DNA of 63,452 nt, filler included, from an uncultured Methanosarcinales archaeon (GCA_964519225.1; 3 parts of 3 records of this genome joined end to end with filler, not necessarily neighbours in it), one strand, 5' to 3'; counted from the whole stretch's first letter, positions 46,151-55,806 are shown. A program made the numbers and translations. Notes: generated by a model from the sequence alone, not told the origin.

Positions 46151-47058
46151 AAACAATAACAGTAAGCTCTGGAAAAGGAGGAGTAGGAAAGAGCTCAATT
46201 ACAGCAATAATTGCTTTGTATCTTGCAAGAAAACAAAACAAGCAACTTGTTTATGCAGACTGCGATGTTGATGCACCGAACGCGCACATTCTTTTAAATC
46301 TAAAAGAAAAAGATTTTTACGAAAAAGAGGAAATCTTTGCAAGCGAAAAAGCAACGCTAATCGCTGAAAAATGCATCCACTGCAAGAAATGCGTTTCAGA
46401 GGAGATATGCAATTTCAGTGCAATCTCATGGAACAAAGAAAAAAACATACCTGAATTCAACAAATACCTCTGCGAGGGTTGCGGCTCATGTTCTTTGATT
46501 TGTCCAGTAAAGGCAATAACTCTGAAAAAAGTGAAAAATGCAACATTCCGCATCGCAAAAACGAGCTACGGCTTTCCTCTTGTCACAGCCCAGCTTGAAA
46601 TAGGAGAAAGCGGAAGCGGAAAAATAGTTACTGAAGTAAGGAAAAGAGCAGAAAAACTTGCAGAAAAAAACAAAGCAGACTTGATTCTAATTGATGGCGC
46701 TCCTGGTATAGGCTGTCCTGTCATCGCTTCAATCCAAGGAACAGATTATGTAATATCAGTTACAGAGCCAACTCCTGCAGCATTGCACGACCTCTCAAGA
46801 TTGATTACGCTTGCCAAATATTTTCAAGCAAAAACAGGCATCATCATTAATAAATACAACTTAAACTTAAAAATGACAGAAAAAATTGAAACATATGCAA
46901 AAGAGCAAAATGCTCATTTGCTTGCCAAAATTCCGTATGACGAGCGTTTTATAAAAGCTTTGGTCTGGAAAGACGAAATATTACTTCAAACCTTATCTGA
47001 AATCTATGTACCAGAAATGCTGAAAACCATTCAATCTATTCAATCCTTTTCAATATAA
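46147..47058 (+). CDS. MinD-superfamily P-loop ATPase with inserted ferredoxin (paralog)
   Basis: SGKGGVGKSS, DCDVDAPN, CEGCGSC..CP, DGAPGIGCPVIAS. Confidence 0.9.
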   Translation: MKTITVSSGKGGVGKSSITAIIALYLARKQNKQLVYADCDVDAPNAHILLNLKEKDFYEKEEIFASEKATLIAEKCIHCKKCVSEEICNFSAISWNKEKNIPEFNKYLCEGCGSCSLICPVKAITLKKVKNATFRIAKTSYGFPLVTAQLEIGESGSGKIVTEVRKRAEKLAEKNKADLILIDGAPGIGCPVIASIQGTDYVISVTEPTPAALHDLSRLITLAKYFQAKTGIIINKYNLNLKMTEKIETYAKEQNAHLLAKIPYDERFIKALVWKDEILLQTLSEIYVPEMLKTIQSIQSFSI

Positions 47059-48637
47059 TCTCAGCCTTTCCTATTGCATGTTCTTTCAGTTCAAATCCAA
47101 GATCGTCCCATTTTAAACTAGAAAGATTCAGCTGTTTTTCGAGTTCAGCAGAAAATCGCGGCAGGATCGGCTGTAGCAGAATTGCAAGATTTTTAACAAT
47201 GTTTGCACATATGCTTACAACTTCGTGAGCCTTGCAAACATCTTCCTTTATCACTTTCCACGGTTCTTCTTTTTGAAAATATGCATTTCCAAGCGACGAT
47301 ATTTTAAGAATATGCTTAACAGCATCTCTAAAGTTCAATTCTCTGTAGTATTCTTTAATCTTGTTAAATTCTTTTTTGCATTCAGTTATTACATGATGAT
47401 CTTCTGAAAAACCTCCAATAGTGGATGCAAAATTCTTATTCAAAAAGGATAAAACCCTATAACAGAAATTTGCAATATTTCCAATCAGTTCTGTATTGAT
47501 AAAGTGCTTGAACTCTTCTTCAGAAAAATCCACATCGCTTAGTTTTTTGCTTAGCATACTGGCATAATAGAGTCTGAGAAATTCTGGCTCTTTAAACCGT
47601 TCAATAAATTCCCTTGCAAGAATAAATGTTCCTCTGCTTTTGCTCATCTTTTCTTTTTCAACAGTAATCATTCCATGTACATATATTGCCTTAGGTAGAT
47701 TAAATTCAGCACCCATTAACATTGCTGGCCAAAATAAGAAATGAAAATAAACTATGTCCTTTCCAATGAAATGAATAACCTCGCATTCGTCATTCTTCCA
47801 GTAGTCCCTGAAAGCATCAAGCCCGGTTTTTTTGCAGAATTCTTCTGTAGCGCTGATGTAACCTATCGGAGCATCAAACCATACGTAGAAAAATTTGTCT
47901 TTTGCATTTGGAATTTTGAATCCGAAATAAGGTCCGTCCCTGCTTATGCACCAATCATTTAAACCATGCTTAATCCAGTTTTTCACATAATTTACAATCT
48001 CTGGTTGCAATTCATTATTTTGCAGAAGCCAATCCTTAAGCTTGTCTGAAAAAGAAGAAAGTCTGAAGAAAAAATGCTCGCTTTCTCGCTTTTCAGGTCT
48101 CGCACCGCAAATAGCGCATCTCGGCTCTTTTAATTCAAACACATTGTAAGTTGAACCACACTTCTCGCAAATATCGCCATATTGCTCAGGAGCACCGCAT
48201 CTGGGACAGATTCCTCTGACAAACCTATCTGGTAAAAAACGCTTGCATTGCGGACAGTACATAACAAAAATTGGTTTTGTGTAGATATAGCCTTTTTTCC
48301 TTAATGTTTCAAAAAACAGATTTGTAAATTTTTCATTGATATGCGTATTAGTGTGCGAATAGCTATCAAACGAAATTAAAAATTTAGAAAAATCTTCTTT
48401 ATGTTCTTGGTGAAAACGCATTGCAAAATCTTCTGGCTTCATTCCCTGCTTTTCGGCATTAACCTGAATTGGCGTTCCGTGCATGTCATCAGCGCACACA
48501 TAAATGGCATCATCTCCAATCAATCTTAGAAATCTAACAAATATGTCTGTTTGGATATATTCTAGCAAATGACCAATATGCAGTGGACCGTTTGCATAGA
48601 TAAGCGCCGAAGTTATAAGATATCTTTTCTTTGTCAT
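47036..48637 (-). CDS. metG: Methionine--tRNA ligase (no C-terminal tRNA-binding domain)
   Basis: YANGPLHIGH, Zn knuckles, YVWFDAPIGY, KMSKS. Confidence 0.96.
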   Translation of the reverse strand: MTKKRYLITSALIYANGPLHIGHLLEYIQTDIFVRFLRLIGDDAIYVCADDMHGTPIQVNAEKQGMKPEDFAMRFHQEHKEDFSKFLISFDSYSHTNTHINEKFTNLFFETLRKKGYIYTKPIFVMYCPQCKRFLPDRFVRGICPRCGAPEQYGDICEKCGSTYNVFELKEPRCAICGARPEKRESEHFFFRLSSFSDKLKDWLLQNNELQPEIVNYVKNWIKHGLNDWCISRDGPYFGFKIPNAKDKFFYVWFDAPIGYISATEEFCKKTGLDAFRDYWKNDECEVIHFIGKDIVYFHFLFWPAMLMGAEFNLPKAIYVHGMITVEKEKMSKSRGTFILAREFIERFKEPEFLRLYYASMLSKKLSDVDFSEEEFKHFINTELIGNIANFCYRVLSFLNKNFASTIGGFSEDHHVITECKKEFNKIKEYYRELNFRDAVKHILKISSLGNAYFQKEEPWKVIKEDVCKAHEVVSICANIVKNLAILLQPILPRFSAELEKQLNLSSLKWDDLGFELKEHAIGKAEIILKRIE

Positions 48638-49038
48638 GGAAAATATCCCTCGATATCCTTCATCTTTTTAGCTAAAGGAATCTTCTTTCCGCAATGCTCG
48701 CATTCAAAAATATATGCTTTTGTTCCTTTGAAATTTTTTAATTTGTACTCTGTCGTTGTCTCACCGCTTTTTCCGCAGAAAGGGCAAGTATATTTTATCT
48801 CTATCTTTAGATTTTTATCAATCTCTGAACAAGGAACTTTATAGCCGCAAACAGGACAAACATATTCCTTTGCTTTTTTCTGTACCTTTCCTTTCACAAC
48901 AGGCTTTCCGAGATATCCTTTTCCGCACTTAGGGCATTTCGGCCTGTAAACCCAAGCTTTAACCTGTCCTTTACTTCCAAGCAATCTATTGGTGAAATAA
49001 AAACATTCTTCCATGCTCTTTGGTTCCTGCAATGCCAT
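48634..49038 (-). CDS. Multi-Zn-ribbon protein
   Basis: Four CxxC pairs (CPKC, CPVC, CPFC, CEHC). Confidence 0.75.
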   Translation of the reverse strand: MALQEPKSMEECFYFTNRLLGSKGQVKAWVYRPKCPKCGKGYLGKPVVKGKVQKKAKEYVCPVCGYKVPCSEIDKNLKIEIKYTCPFCGKSGETTTEYKLKNFKGTKAYIFECEHCGKKIPLAKKMKDIEGYFP

Positions 49039-49130
49039 GCTTTAGTTCAGAGAAGAAATGATTTATAAAATTTCCTTTTGCTTTTGCTTTTCCACAAATT
49101 TTTTAAATTATTTTCCCTTTTAATCAAACA

Positions 49131-50762
49131 ATGAAAAAAAGAGGTAAGAATAACATTGGGCTTCGTGATTTAGTTATTTCTTTATTAGCTCTCATCGTTT
49201 TTACTGGTCTTTTTTTCCTCGTTGGAAAATACTTCTTTCCAGAATTCTTTTCAACTGGATCAACGGGTTTTTTTGTTTATACTATCCAACCACCAGACTT
49301 TGAAGAACAGGAAAGTTACACCACAGCTACATCTATCAACCAATGTGGTTATAACATTACCTCACCAGGAAGTTATAATCTCTCGAGCGATCTGTTAAAT
49401 TGCCCTGATTATGGAATAAAAATCAATGTGAGCGATGTCGTATTGGACTGTTTAGGCCATAAAATATCTTCAGCTAATGGGCTCGAGAACGGAATCGATA
49501 CAGAAAATTCATTGACGAACATAACTATAACAAACTGCATAATAGAATTATTCTCATACGGCATTGAATTCGCAAACATTCAAAATGGGACAATTAAGCA
49601 TTGCACTTTTATAAACAATTCTAATGATGGAATTAATTTTTTCAATGTTTCAAATATTGACGTTTTTTCAAATAGGTTTGTGAATAGCACTGTTGGTATA
49701 AAAGGCGATGCAAAAGAAAGCAAAATTCATCAAAACAACTTTTCAAGGATTATTCAATCAATACACCTTTATTCATCTTTTTTTACTACAAGTGCTAACA
49801 ATACTATTTCAAATAATAGATTTATGTTGCATCTTCTAGGAAGCCAAGATACCTTGGGAGTTAAGATAGAAAATTCGTACAATGATATCATAGAAAACAA
49901 TACGTTTGACACATTTCCAAATGGAAGTTTTGCTATATATGTATCTGCCTCGGAACCGCTCGGCACAATAATCAGAAATAACACCTTTACGAATACCGAT
50001 ACAAATATATTAATATACTACTCCTCTAGTACAAACTCAACTGTTCTTGTAACATCGAATAAGCACAATAATTGTAACATTGGAATAAATATTACTAACG
50101 CACATAAAAATAGAATCATTAATGATTCATTGAACTGTAAGAATATAAACATTTTTATTGAAAACACACAGCTTGAAAACAACATCACAGGAGCAATCAT
50201 CTCTGGCGGGGATTTTGGAATTCGTCTTGAAAACGCAAGACATGTCAATATTAAAAGCTCTGAGATCAAAAACACCTTTACAGGTTTGTTCATAAAGAAT
50301 AATTGTCCCTATACTTATGTATCAGATTCAAATTTTACTTCTAACTACTTTGGGTTTATCATTTATAATAACACAGACATTGTGGTATTAGACCTGGACA
50401 GATTTAATTCAAATACAAACGGCGGAAGCGTATTGCATTCTACCAACTTAACATTTATAAATGTAACAGCCAACAATAATTTAAACAATGGTTTAATTAT
50501 AGATTTATATTCGAATCATATTAATATTTCATATTCAAATATAACAAACAACCAAGGCCACGGCGTTAAGCTTAACTTCTTCGCTCATCACAACACAATC
50601 AGCAATAACGAAATCACAAATAATGCAGGCTATGGCATATACATGGATTTCTATGCCACAAACAACACAATTCAATACAATGATTTATCAGGAAACACTC
50701 AAGGACCTTACTATGAAGGAGATTTCTGCACTGATAATACATTTACTGGAAATACCCCTTAA
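49131..50762 (+). CDS. Membrane-anchored right-handed beta-helix (NosD/pectin-lyase-like) surface protein
   Basis: N-terminal TM; Asn-rich parallel beta-helix repeats (NNTISNN.., GI.l); many sequons. Confidence 0.85.
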   Translation: MKKRGKNNIGLRDLVISLLALIVFTGLFFLVGKYFFPEFFSTGSTGFFVYTIQPPDFEEQESYTTATSINQCGYNITSPGSYNLSSDLLNCPDYGIKINVSDVVLDCLGHKISSANGLENGIDTENSLTNITITNCIIELFSYGIEFANIQNGTIKHCTFINNSNDGINFFNVSNIDVFSNRFVNSTVGIKGDAKESKIHQNNFSRIIQSIHLYSSFFTTSANNTISNNRFMLHLLGSQDTLGVKIENSYNDIIENNTFDTFPNGSFAIYVSASEPLGTIIRNNTFTNTDTNILIYYSSSTNSTVLVTSNKHNNCNIGINITNAHKNRIINDSLNCKNINIFIENTQLENNITGAIISGGDFGIRLENARHVNIKSSEIKNTFTGLFIKNNCPYTYVSDSNFTSNYFGFIIYNNTDIVVLDLDRFNSNTNGGSVLHSTNLTFINVTANNNLNNGLIIDLYSNHINISYSNITNNQGHGVKLNFFAHHNTISNNEITNNAGYGIYMDFYATNNTIQYNDLSGNTQGPYYEGDFCTDNTFTGNTP

Positions 50763-50888
50763 ATAATGAGCCTTAAACACAGCACAAAACAAGCACAAAC
50801 CTATTTTTGATACCGCTGATTTGATACCACTGAGAAGTGGATAAAAACCGAAAGATTTATAAATGAAGAACTTTCTTTAATTGTTACA

Positions 50889-51094
50889 ATGCCAACTCAA
50901 CAGCCACAAACACCAATGGATATTTGGAATGGAATTATAGGAAAGTATCAAAAGCTTGTAGACCAAGCTAACCAAGAACCTGACCCACAAAAAGCAATCC
51001 ATGAAGCGCTGGATATCGATGGTCTAGATGCACAAGTTCAACAGTATATTGTAGATCGAGATGTACCTGATGAATTAATTAACAAGGTTAATTC
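50889..51094 (+). CDS. Hypothetical protein, 3'-truncated by the contig end
   Basis: ATG ~25 bp after BRE/TATA cgaaagaTTTATAAA; runs into the linker. Confidence 0.5.
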
Positions 51095-51194
51095 NNNNNN
51101 NNNNNNNNNNNNNNNNNNNNNNNNNNNNNNNNNNNNNNTTAATTAATTAANNNNNNNNNNNNNNNNNNNNNNNNNNNNNNNNNNNNNNNNNNNN
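51095..51194. other. Artificial contig-join linker
   Basis: N44-TTAATTAATTAA-N44. Confidence 0.97.
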
Positions 51195-51196
51195 AT

Positions 51197-51270
51197 GGGC
51201 CCATAGCTTAGCCTGGAAGAGCACCCGGCTCTTAACCGGGGGGTCGGGGGTTCAAATCCCTCTGGGCCCA
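51197..51270 (+). tRNA. tRNA-Lys(CTT)
   Basis: GGGCCCA..CCCGG-CTCTTAA-CCGGG..TTCAAAT..TGGGCCC. Confidence 0.95.
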
Positions 51271-51282
51271 TATTTAATCAAA

Positions 51283-52143
51283 ATGTATCAAAACAGGAAA
51301 ATATTTGATGTGCATGCACACGTAGGAAAATTTGGAAAATGGTTCTTAAAGGGTCATGAAATAGAGCCATTCAAAAATAGAGAAATTGATTCTATTGAAT
51401 CTCTGCGTACGTTCATGAAAGAGAAAGGTATAGATTACATCATTGTTATGCCGCATTATACGCCAGATCAGACAAAACCTTTTGTTGAATATAATCCGCT
51501 TGTAGTTGAATGTATCTCGAAAATAGAGAATGCGTACGGTGGACTGTGGATTTCGCCAAGAGAAGACGTTTGGCATCTTTCTGAAAAAGTACTTGATAAA
51601 GAACCTCACCCAAAAATAAAAGTGTTAAAAATCAGTCCTGATAGCTGGCCAAAAGGAGTAAGTATGGATCCAGGCAGTTGGAATGAAACATTTAGGAAGA
51701 ACTTTGAAGAGATAATAGATTTTGCCAAAAAACATAACTTGATAATACATTCTCATACAGGAAGCGGCAATTCTGATGTTATGAAATATGTGCCCTTTGT
51801 CGAGGCTTATGGTAGAAAAGTTAGACTTCATTTTGTTCATATGGGTGGTTCTGCAGGAGGACACTTTGCATTTATTCCGAGATTTATTGAATGGTTAAAA
51901 CAGGGATATGACTTTTATTGTGATACTTCTTTCTGTAGGGGATTTGCGCCTTATTGGCTCGTAAGGAAACTTCTTGAGGAATACCCAGAGGGCTTATCGA
52001 GAATTATGTTCGCTTCTGATAATCCTTGGGGATTATGGGAAAGTGAGTTTTGGAGAGTAGAGGGAATGCCCGTCGATGATGATATTAAGGAGAAAATTTT
52101 TTATCATAACGCCGTAAGAGTATATCTGGGTGATGAAAGATGA
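51283..52143 (+). CDS. Amidohydrolase-family (TIM-barrel) metal hydrolase
   Basis: DVHAH, HSHTG, VHMGG, DTS, FASDNPW, YHNA. Confidence 0.88.
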   Translation: MYQNRKIFDVHAHVGKFGKWFLKGHEIEPFKNREIDSIESLRTFMKEKGIDYIIVMPHYTPDQTKPFVEYNPLVVECISKIENAYGGLWISPREDVWHLSEKVLDKEPHPKIKVLKISPDSWPKGVSMDPGSWNETFRKNFEEIIDFAKKHNLIIHSHTGSGNSDVMKYVPFVEAYGRKVRLHFVHMGGSAGGHFAFIPRFIEWLKQGYDFYCDTSFCRGFAPYWLVRKLLEEYPEGLSRIMFASDNPWGLWESEFWRVEGMPVDDDIKEKIFYHNAVRVYLGDER

Positions 52144-52784
52144 AGTTGATCGTTTTTAACTTAAGTACTTTGCTTTCAGGCGAACATGTTGGTGGCATTT
52201 ACAGGTTTCTTGCGGAACAATTTGGAAAAAGTGAAGAATATGATCGCATAGGAAAAGAATACAAAGAAAGAAGGAAAGAGGGGCCCTGGGGTTTGGATCA
52301 GGTTGCAAAGCTCTTTGAAGGAGTTAGCTGTGATGAATTTAGAAGAGCATGTGCCTCATATGTAGATAATTACATAAAAGAAGAAGCTAAGACGGTCCTA
52401 AGAAAATTAAAAGAAAAAGGAATTATGATTGGTATTCTTACTTCGAATCCGTATGCTGTTATAGATGCTCTTGCAAAGAAAATAGGTGTTGAATTTGATT
52501 TAGCGGTAGGTAATGAATTTGAATGTGTTGAAGGAAAGCTGAGTGGAAAATTGAAAGAAGTTGTTGATAGGCATGTAAGAAAAGAAAAATTAGAAAAGTT
52601 TATCTCGGAACACAATATTTCGAAAAATGATATAATTTATGTGGCATGTTCATTAACAGACATTCCTGCAGCAGAACTTTGCGGAAATATTTTCTGTGTT
52701 GATGCGCACGATGAAGAGCTTAAAGAAAAATGCACATCACCTTTAGGTAATTTAAGTGAGCTTTTGTCTTATGTCGAGTGTTGA
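52140..52784 (+). CDS. HAD-superfamily (SerB-like) protein with a degenerate active site
   Basis: SerB-like fold, but motif I reads FNLSTLL (no DxD) and motif IV reads ACSLTD. Confidence 0.72.
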   Translation: MKLIVFNLSTLLSGEHVGGIYRFLAEQFGKSEEYDRIGKEYKERRKEGPWGLDQVAKLFEGVSCDEFRRACASYVDNYIKEEAKTVLRKLKEKGIMIGILTSNPYAVIDALAKKIGVEFDLAVGNEFECVEGKLSGKLKEVVDRHVRKEKLEKFISEHNISKNDIIYVACSLTDIPAAELCGNIFCVDAHDEELKEKCTSPLGNLSELLSYVEC

Positions 52785-52847
52785 CTTAAAACAAAACTTT
52801 TTTATTTAACTTTTCAACGGATTTCTAAAAGCCTCCCTTATGCTTAT

Positions 52848-52964
52848 GCGGGGGTGGCCGAGTGGTCAAAGGCGCAGGACTTAAGAGCTTGCGCAAAGGG
52901 CTACTCGCCCTCTAAGAAATCCTGTCCCGAAGAGGGTTCGTGGGTTCAAATCCCACCCCCCGCA
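52848..52964 (+). tRNA. tRNA-Leu(TAA) with a canonical 33-nt intron at 37/38 (52886-52918)
   Basis: CAGGA-CTTAAG|intron|A-TCCTG; BHB central helix CTTA/TAAG; long variable arm. Confidence 0.92.
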
Positions 52965-52992
52965 TTATCAAATTTAGAAAATATGAAAACAT

Positions 52993-53064
52993 GCCCCCGT
53001 AGCTCAGTGGTTGAGCGCTACCTTGGTAAGGTGGAGGTCCCGGGTTCGATCCCCGGCGGGGGCT
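52993..53064 (+). tRNA. tRNA-Thr(GGT)
   Basis: GCCCCCG..CTACC-TTGGTAA-GGTGG..TTCGATC..CGGGGGC. Confidence 0.95.
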
Positions 53065-53078
53065 GATTTAACTTTACG

Positions 53079-53426
53079 ATGAGAAAGAAAAGGGTTTCAA
53101 AAAGAAAGGATATAAAAAAAATTGCAAGGCAGAGAATACGAATATTGTTCGGGCAGGCAGAAAAAGTATTCAAAAAAGATCCGAAGCTTGCTGATAGATA
53201 TGTGGCAATAGCAAGAAGAATAGCAATGAAAGCCCGTGTCAGGATTCCGAGGGAGTTTAAAAGAAGATTCTGCAAACATTGTTATGCTTATCTCGTTCCT
53301 GGCGTAAATTGCAGAGTTAGGCTTGTCGGACAAAAGGTTGTTTATTACTGTTTTAGATGTAAAAAATACATGAGATTTCCTTATATAAAAGAAAAGAAGA
53401 ATCAGAAGAAAGAGAAGAGAAAATGA
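53079..53426 (+). CDS. rnp4: RNase P protein Rpp21
   Basis: IARQRIRILF..ADRYVAIARRIA..KRRFCKHC..CFRC..RFPY. Confidence 0.95.
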   Translation: MRKKRVSKRKDIKKIARQRIRILFGQAEKVFKKDPKLADRYVAIARRIAMKARVRIPREFKRRFCKHCYAYLVPGVNCRVRLVGQKVVYYCFRCKKYMRFPYIKEKKNQKKEKRK

Positions 53427-53677
53427 ATTTCAAACTCGAACTTGACAAGGTTGCAGAATTGATCCAAAAAGAAAAAGCAAAAAGGGTTTGCATTCAGTTA
53501 GCTGATGGATTGAAGCCTAAAGCCAAGGAGATTGTTGATTTTTTAGAAGAGAAGACAGATGCAACAATATTTATCTGGTATGGCAGCTGCTATGGTGCCT
53601 GTGATGTTCCGAAAATTGACGAATCCTTTGATTTGCTCGTTCAATTTGGACATAAGGAATTTAAGAAAAATGATTAG
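53423..53677 (+). CDS. dph2: Dph2 (diphthamide synthesis) N-terminal domain only
   Basis: RVCIQLADGLK..SCYGACDV..LLVQFGH; only 84 aa. Confidence 0.75.
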   Translation: MNFKLELDKVAELIQKEKAKRVCIQLADGLKPKAKEIVDFLEEKTDATIFIWYGSCYGACDVPKIDESFDLLVQFGHKEFKKND

Positions 53678-54023
53678 CAAAAGTATTATTTATATTATCG
53701 GTTTCTCAGGAGTTCTGTTTGGATTCTTGCTCAAAAAACTTGCTTTGGATGAATTGAAGGAAAAAAGCTTTGTCAAAAAGATAGTGCTGGCAAGAAAAAT
53801 TGTGTTTGCTGTTACAACTTTCTTTTCAGTTATTCTAATAAAGAATTTTTATATTGATCTGGTTTTGATTTTTCTCTTTATTCTGTTTTTCAAAAGACGA
53901 TTTTTGCCTTATACGTCTTTTGCTTTGATGTTTTTGTTTGGGTTTTCTTTTTTAACAGCACAATTGATTTTTATCTACGGTTTATTAGCGCCAGTTGAAA
54001 TTAAAAATGGAATCCGCAATTAA
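53670..54023 (+). CDS. Small multi-pass membrane protein
   Basis: Likely start MISKSIIYIIGF; several hydrophobic segments. Confidence 0.6.
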   Translation: MISKSIIYIIGFSGVLFGFLLKKLALDELKEKSFVKKIVLARKIVFAVTTFFSVILIKNFYIDLVLIFLFILFFKRRFLPYTSFALMFLFGFSFLTAQLIFIYGLLAPVEIKNGIRN

Positions 54024-54693
54024 AAGATACGATCTTCATGTACATAGCTGTTATTCGCCGTGCTCAAATTTAAAACCTAAAACAATCCTTAAGATAGCTC
54101 GCAGACTTGAATTAGACGGAGTAGCTATAACAGATCACAATACAATTAAGGGCGGTTTGGCTGTGAAGAGAGAAAACAAGGAAAAAGGATTTGAAGTGAT
54201 TGTTGGTGAGGAAATTTCGACAAATCGCGGCGAAGTGATTGGGTTGTATTTGAATGAAGAAATTGAAAAAGGAACTGATTTTTTTGAAGCGATTGATTTG
54301 ATCAAGCGCCAAGGCGGCTTAGTTGTGATTCCGCATCCGTTCAGTTTTGGTTTGATAAGAAAATCTGTTTCTTCATTAGATGAGGTTAGAAGTAAGATCG
54401 ATGCAATTGAATGTTTCAATGGAAGATGCTTTTTTCCCTGGGAGAATTCTAAAGCAAGAAATCTTGCTAAGAAGTTTAATATTGCGTGTACTGCTGGAAG
54501 CGATGCGCATTTCTGGTTTGAGCTTGGAAATTGCATAACAATGTTTGAAAAGAAATTTTCATTGAGTGAGGCAATAAGCAAGAAAAAGACTTCTGTTGTC
54601 GGAACAATAAAAGGTGCTTACCTTGGCAGAGGATTGAGTCTTCTCGTTAAAGTTTACCAAAACTTTTTTAAAAATGGTAAGGGCATGGTTTAG
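54007..54693 (+). CDS. PHP-domain phosphoesterase
   Basis: DLHVHS, AITDHN, GEEIST, IPHPF, GSDAH. Confidence 0.92.
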   Translation: MESAIKRYDLHVHSCYSPCSNLKPKTILKIARRLELDGVAITDHNTIKGGLAVKRENKEKGFEVIVGEEISTNRGEVIGLYLNEEIEKGTDFFEAIDLIKRQGGLVVIPHPFSFGLIRKSVSSLDEVRSKIDAIECFNGRCFFPWENSKARNLAKKFNIACTAGSDAHFWFELGNCITMFEKKFSLSEAISKKKTSVVGTIKGAYLGRGLSLLVKVYQNFFKNGKGMV

Positions 54694-54696
54694 AAT

Positions 54697-54768
54697 GCCC
54701 CGGTAGCTTAGTGGTGGAGCGCGCGGCTGTTAACCGCGAGGTCGCCGGTTCGAATCCGGCCCGGGGCG
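54697..54768 (+). tRNA. tRNA-Asn(GTT)
   Basis: GCCCCGG..CGCGG-CTGTTAA-CCGCG..TTCGAAT..CCGGGGC. Confidence 0.95.
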
Positions 54769-54827
54769 CTTATTTTTGTTTTCTGGCACTCAAAAATTTT
54801 AAAAATAAATGCATAGTCGCCCATCAT

Positions 54828-55661
54828 ATGCGAAGAAATCTTGAAGCAATAATAGACACCATATGTGCAATTTCGCTCGCTGATATTCATTTTGCACGTA
54901 TTGTTGATTTTGATGGAGAAGGGGAAGCCTTGTTTTTCGTGAACGATTTGTGGTATGAAATCTTTAATAGAGTTAGTTCGCAAGCCCCAAGAGAGAGATT
55001 GAGCAATCTGTATGCACCTGAACTATCTGTTATTAGGGTTAGAAAAAATGTTCCTAATATTATGAAATACGTATGCGCTTATGCAGACTCCAAACATTTT
55101 CCAGGTGTAAAACCAATCCATTATTTATCAGGCATCTTGGTTTTTTTAACCGAAGGTGTTGGTTTTGATGAAAAGCGTTTATATCATGAATTTCCTTGGA
55201 TTGTGTACAAAACAATTTTGACTATTGCTCCTGTGCTTGGAAGCAGATTTTGCTATGATCAATTTGAAAGAGAAATTCTAATGCTATCTTCCAGAAAGGA
55301 ATACCAACGGCTTATAGTGCGAGAATATCTGAAGTTCGGTTTCCTTTTTAGCTGGCGTAACAACACATCTTTATACGAAAGTATTGAAGAATACCATGGG
55401 CTTAGAAAAGCATTGGTTTTGAGAAGCATAGCTTACGGAATCGATTCCATGTTTAATAATCCATTGCTGGAAAAATTCTCTTTTGGATTTGCACAGCGTA
55501 TTATTTGCGAAGGAATGGGTGTGCTTAAAAATATCTACGAAATCTTAAGGAGGGGTTTGCATCTGATAGGAGCATACGAACGGGAGATTCCTGGCTTAGA
55601 CCCGATATTTTTAAGCGTGATGCAAGGAAAGCCTTTTGTGCTTATGCAGGAAAATGATTAG
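54828..55661 (+). CDS. Hypothetical protein between two tRNA genes
   Basis: Likely start MRRNLE at 54828 after a TATA; the ORF-track start lies inside tRNA-Asn. Confidence 0.55.
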   Translation: MRRNLEAIIDTICAISLADIHFARIVDFDGEGEALFFVNDLWYEIFNRVSSQAPRERLSNLYAPELSVIRVRKNVPNIMKYVCAYADSKHFPGVKPIHYLSGILVFLTEGVGFDEKRLYHEFPWIVYKTILTIAPVLGSRFCYDQFEREILMLSSRKEYQRLIVREYLKFGFLFSWRNNTSLYESIEEYHGLRKALVLRSIAYGIDSMFNNPLLEKFSFGFAQRIICEGMGVLKNIYEILRRGLHLIGAYEREIPGLDPIFLSVMQGKPFVLMQEND

Positions 55662-55731
55662 CATAAGTTTTAAGGATTTAAAAGAAAAATTCTTAAATAA
55701 CTGTTCTTGCTCTTTAGTTTTTGGAGTTTTT

Positions 55732-55806
55732 GGGCCCGTGGCCTAGCCTGGTTGGGGCGTTCGCCTGATAAGCGAAAGGTCCGGGGTTCAAATCCCCGCG
55801 GGCCCA
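55732..55806 (+). tRNA. tRNA-Ile(GAT)
   Basis: GGGCCCG..TTCGC-CTGATAA-GCGAA..TTCAAAT..CGGGCCC. Confidence 0.95.

Noticed and set aside
51095..51194. Second TTAATTAATTAA/N block and the ORFs running into it
   Set aside because: Same artificial linker; X-containing ORF translations are artefacts.
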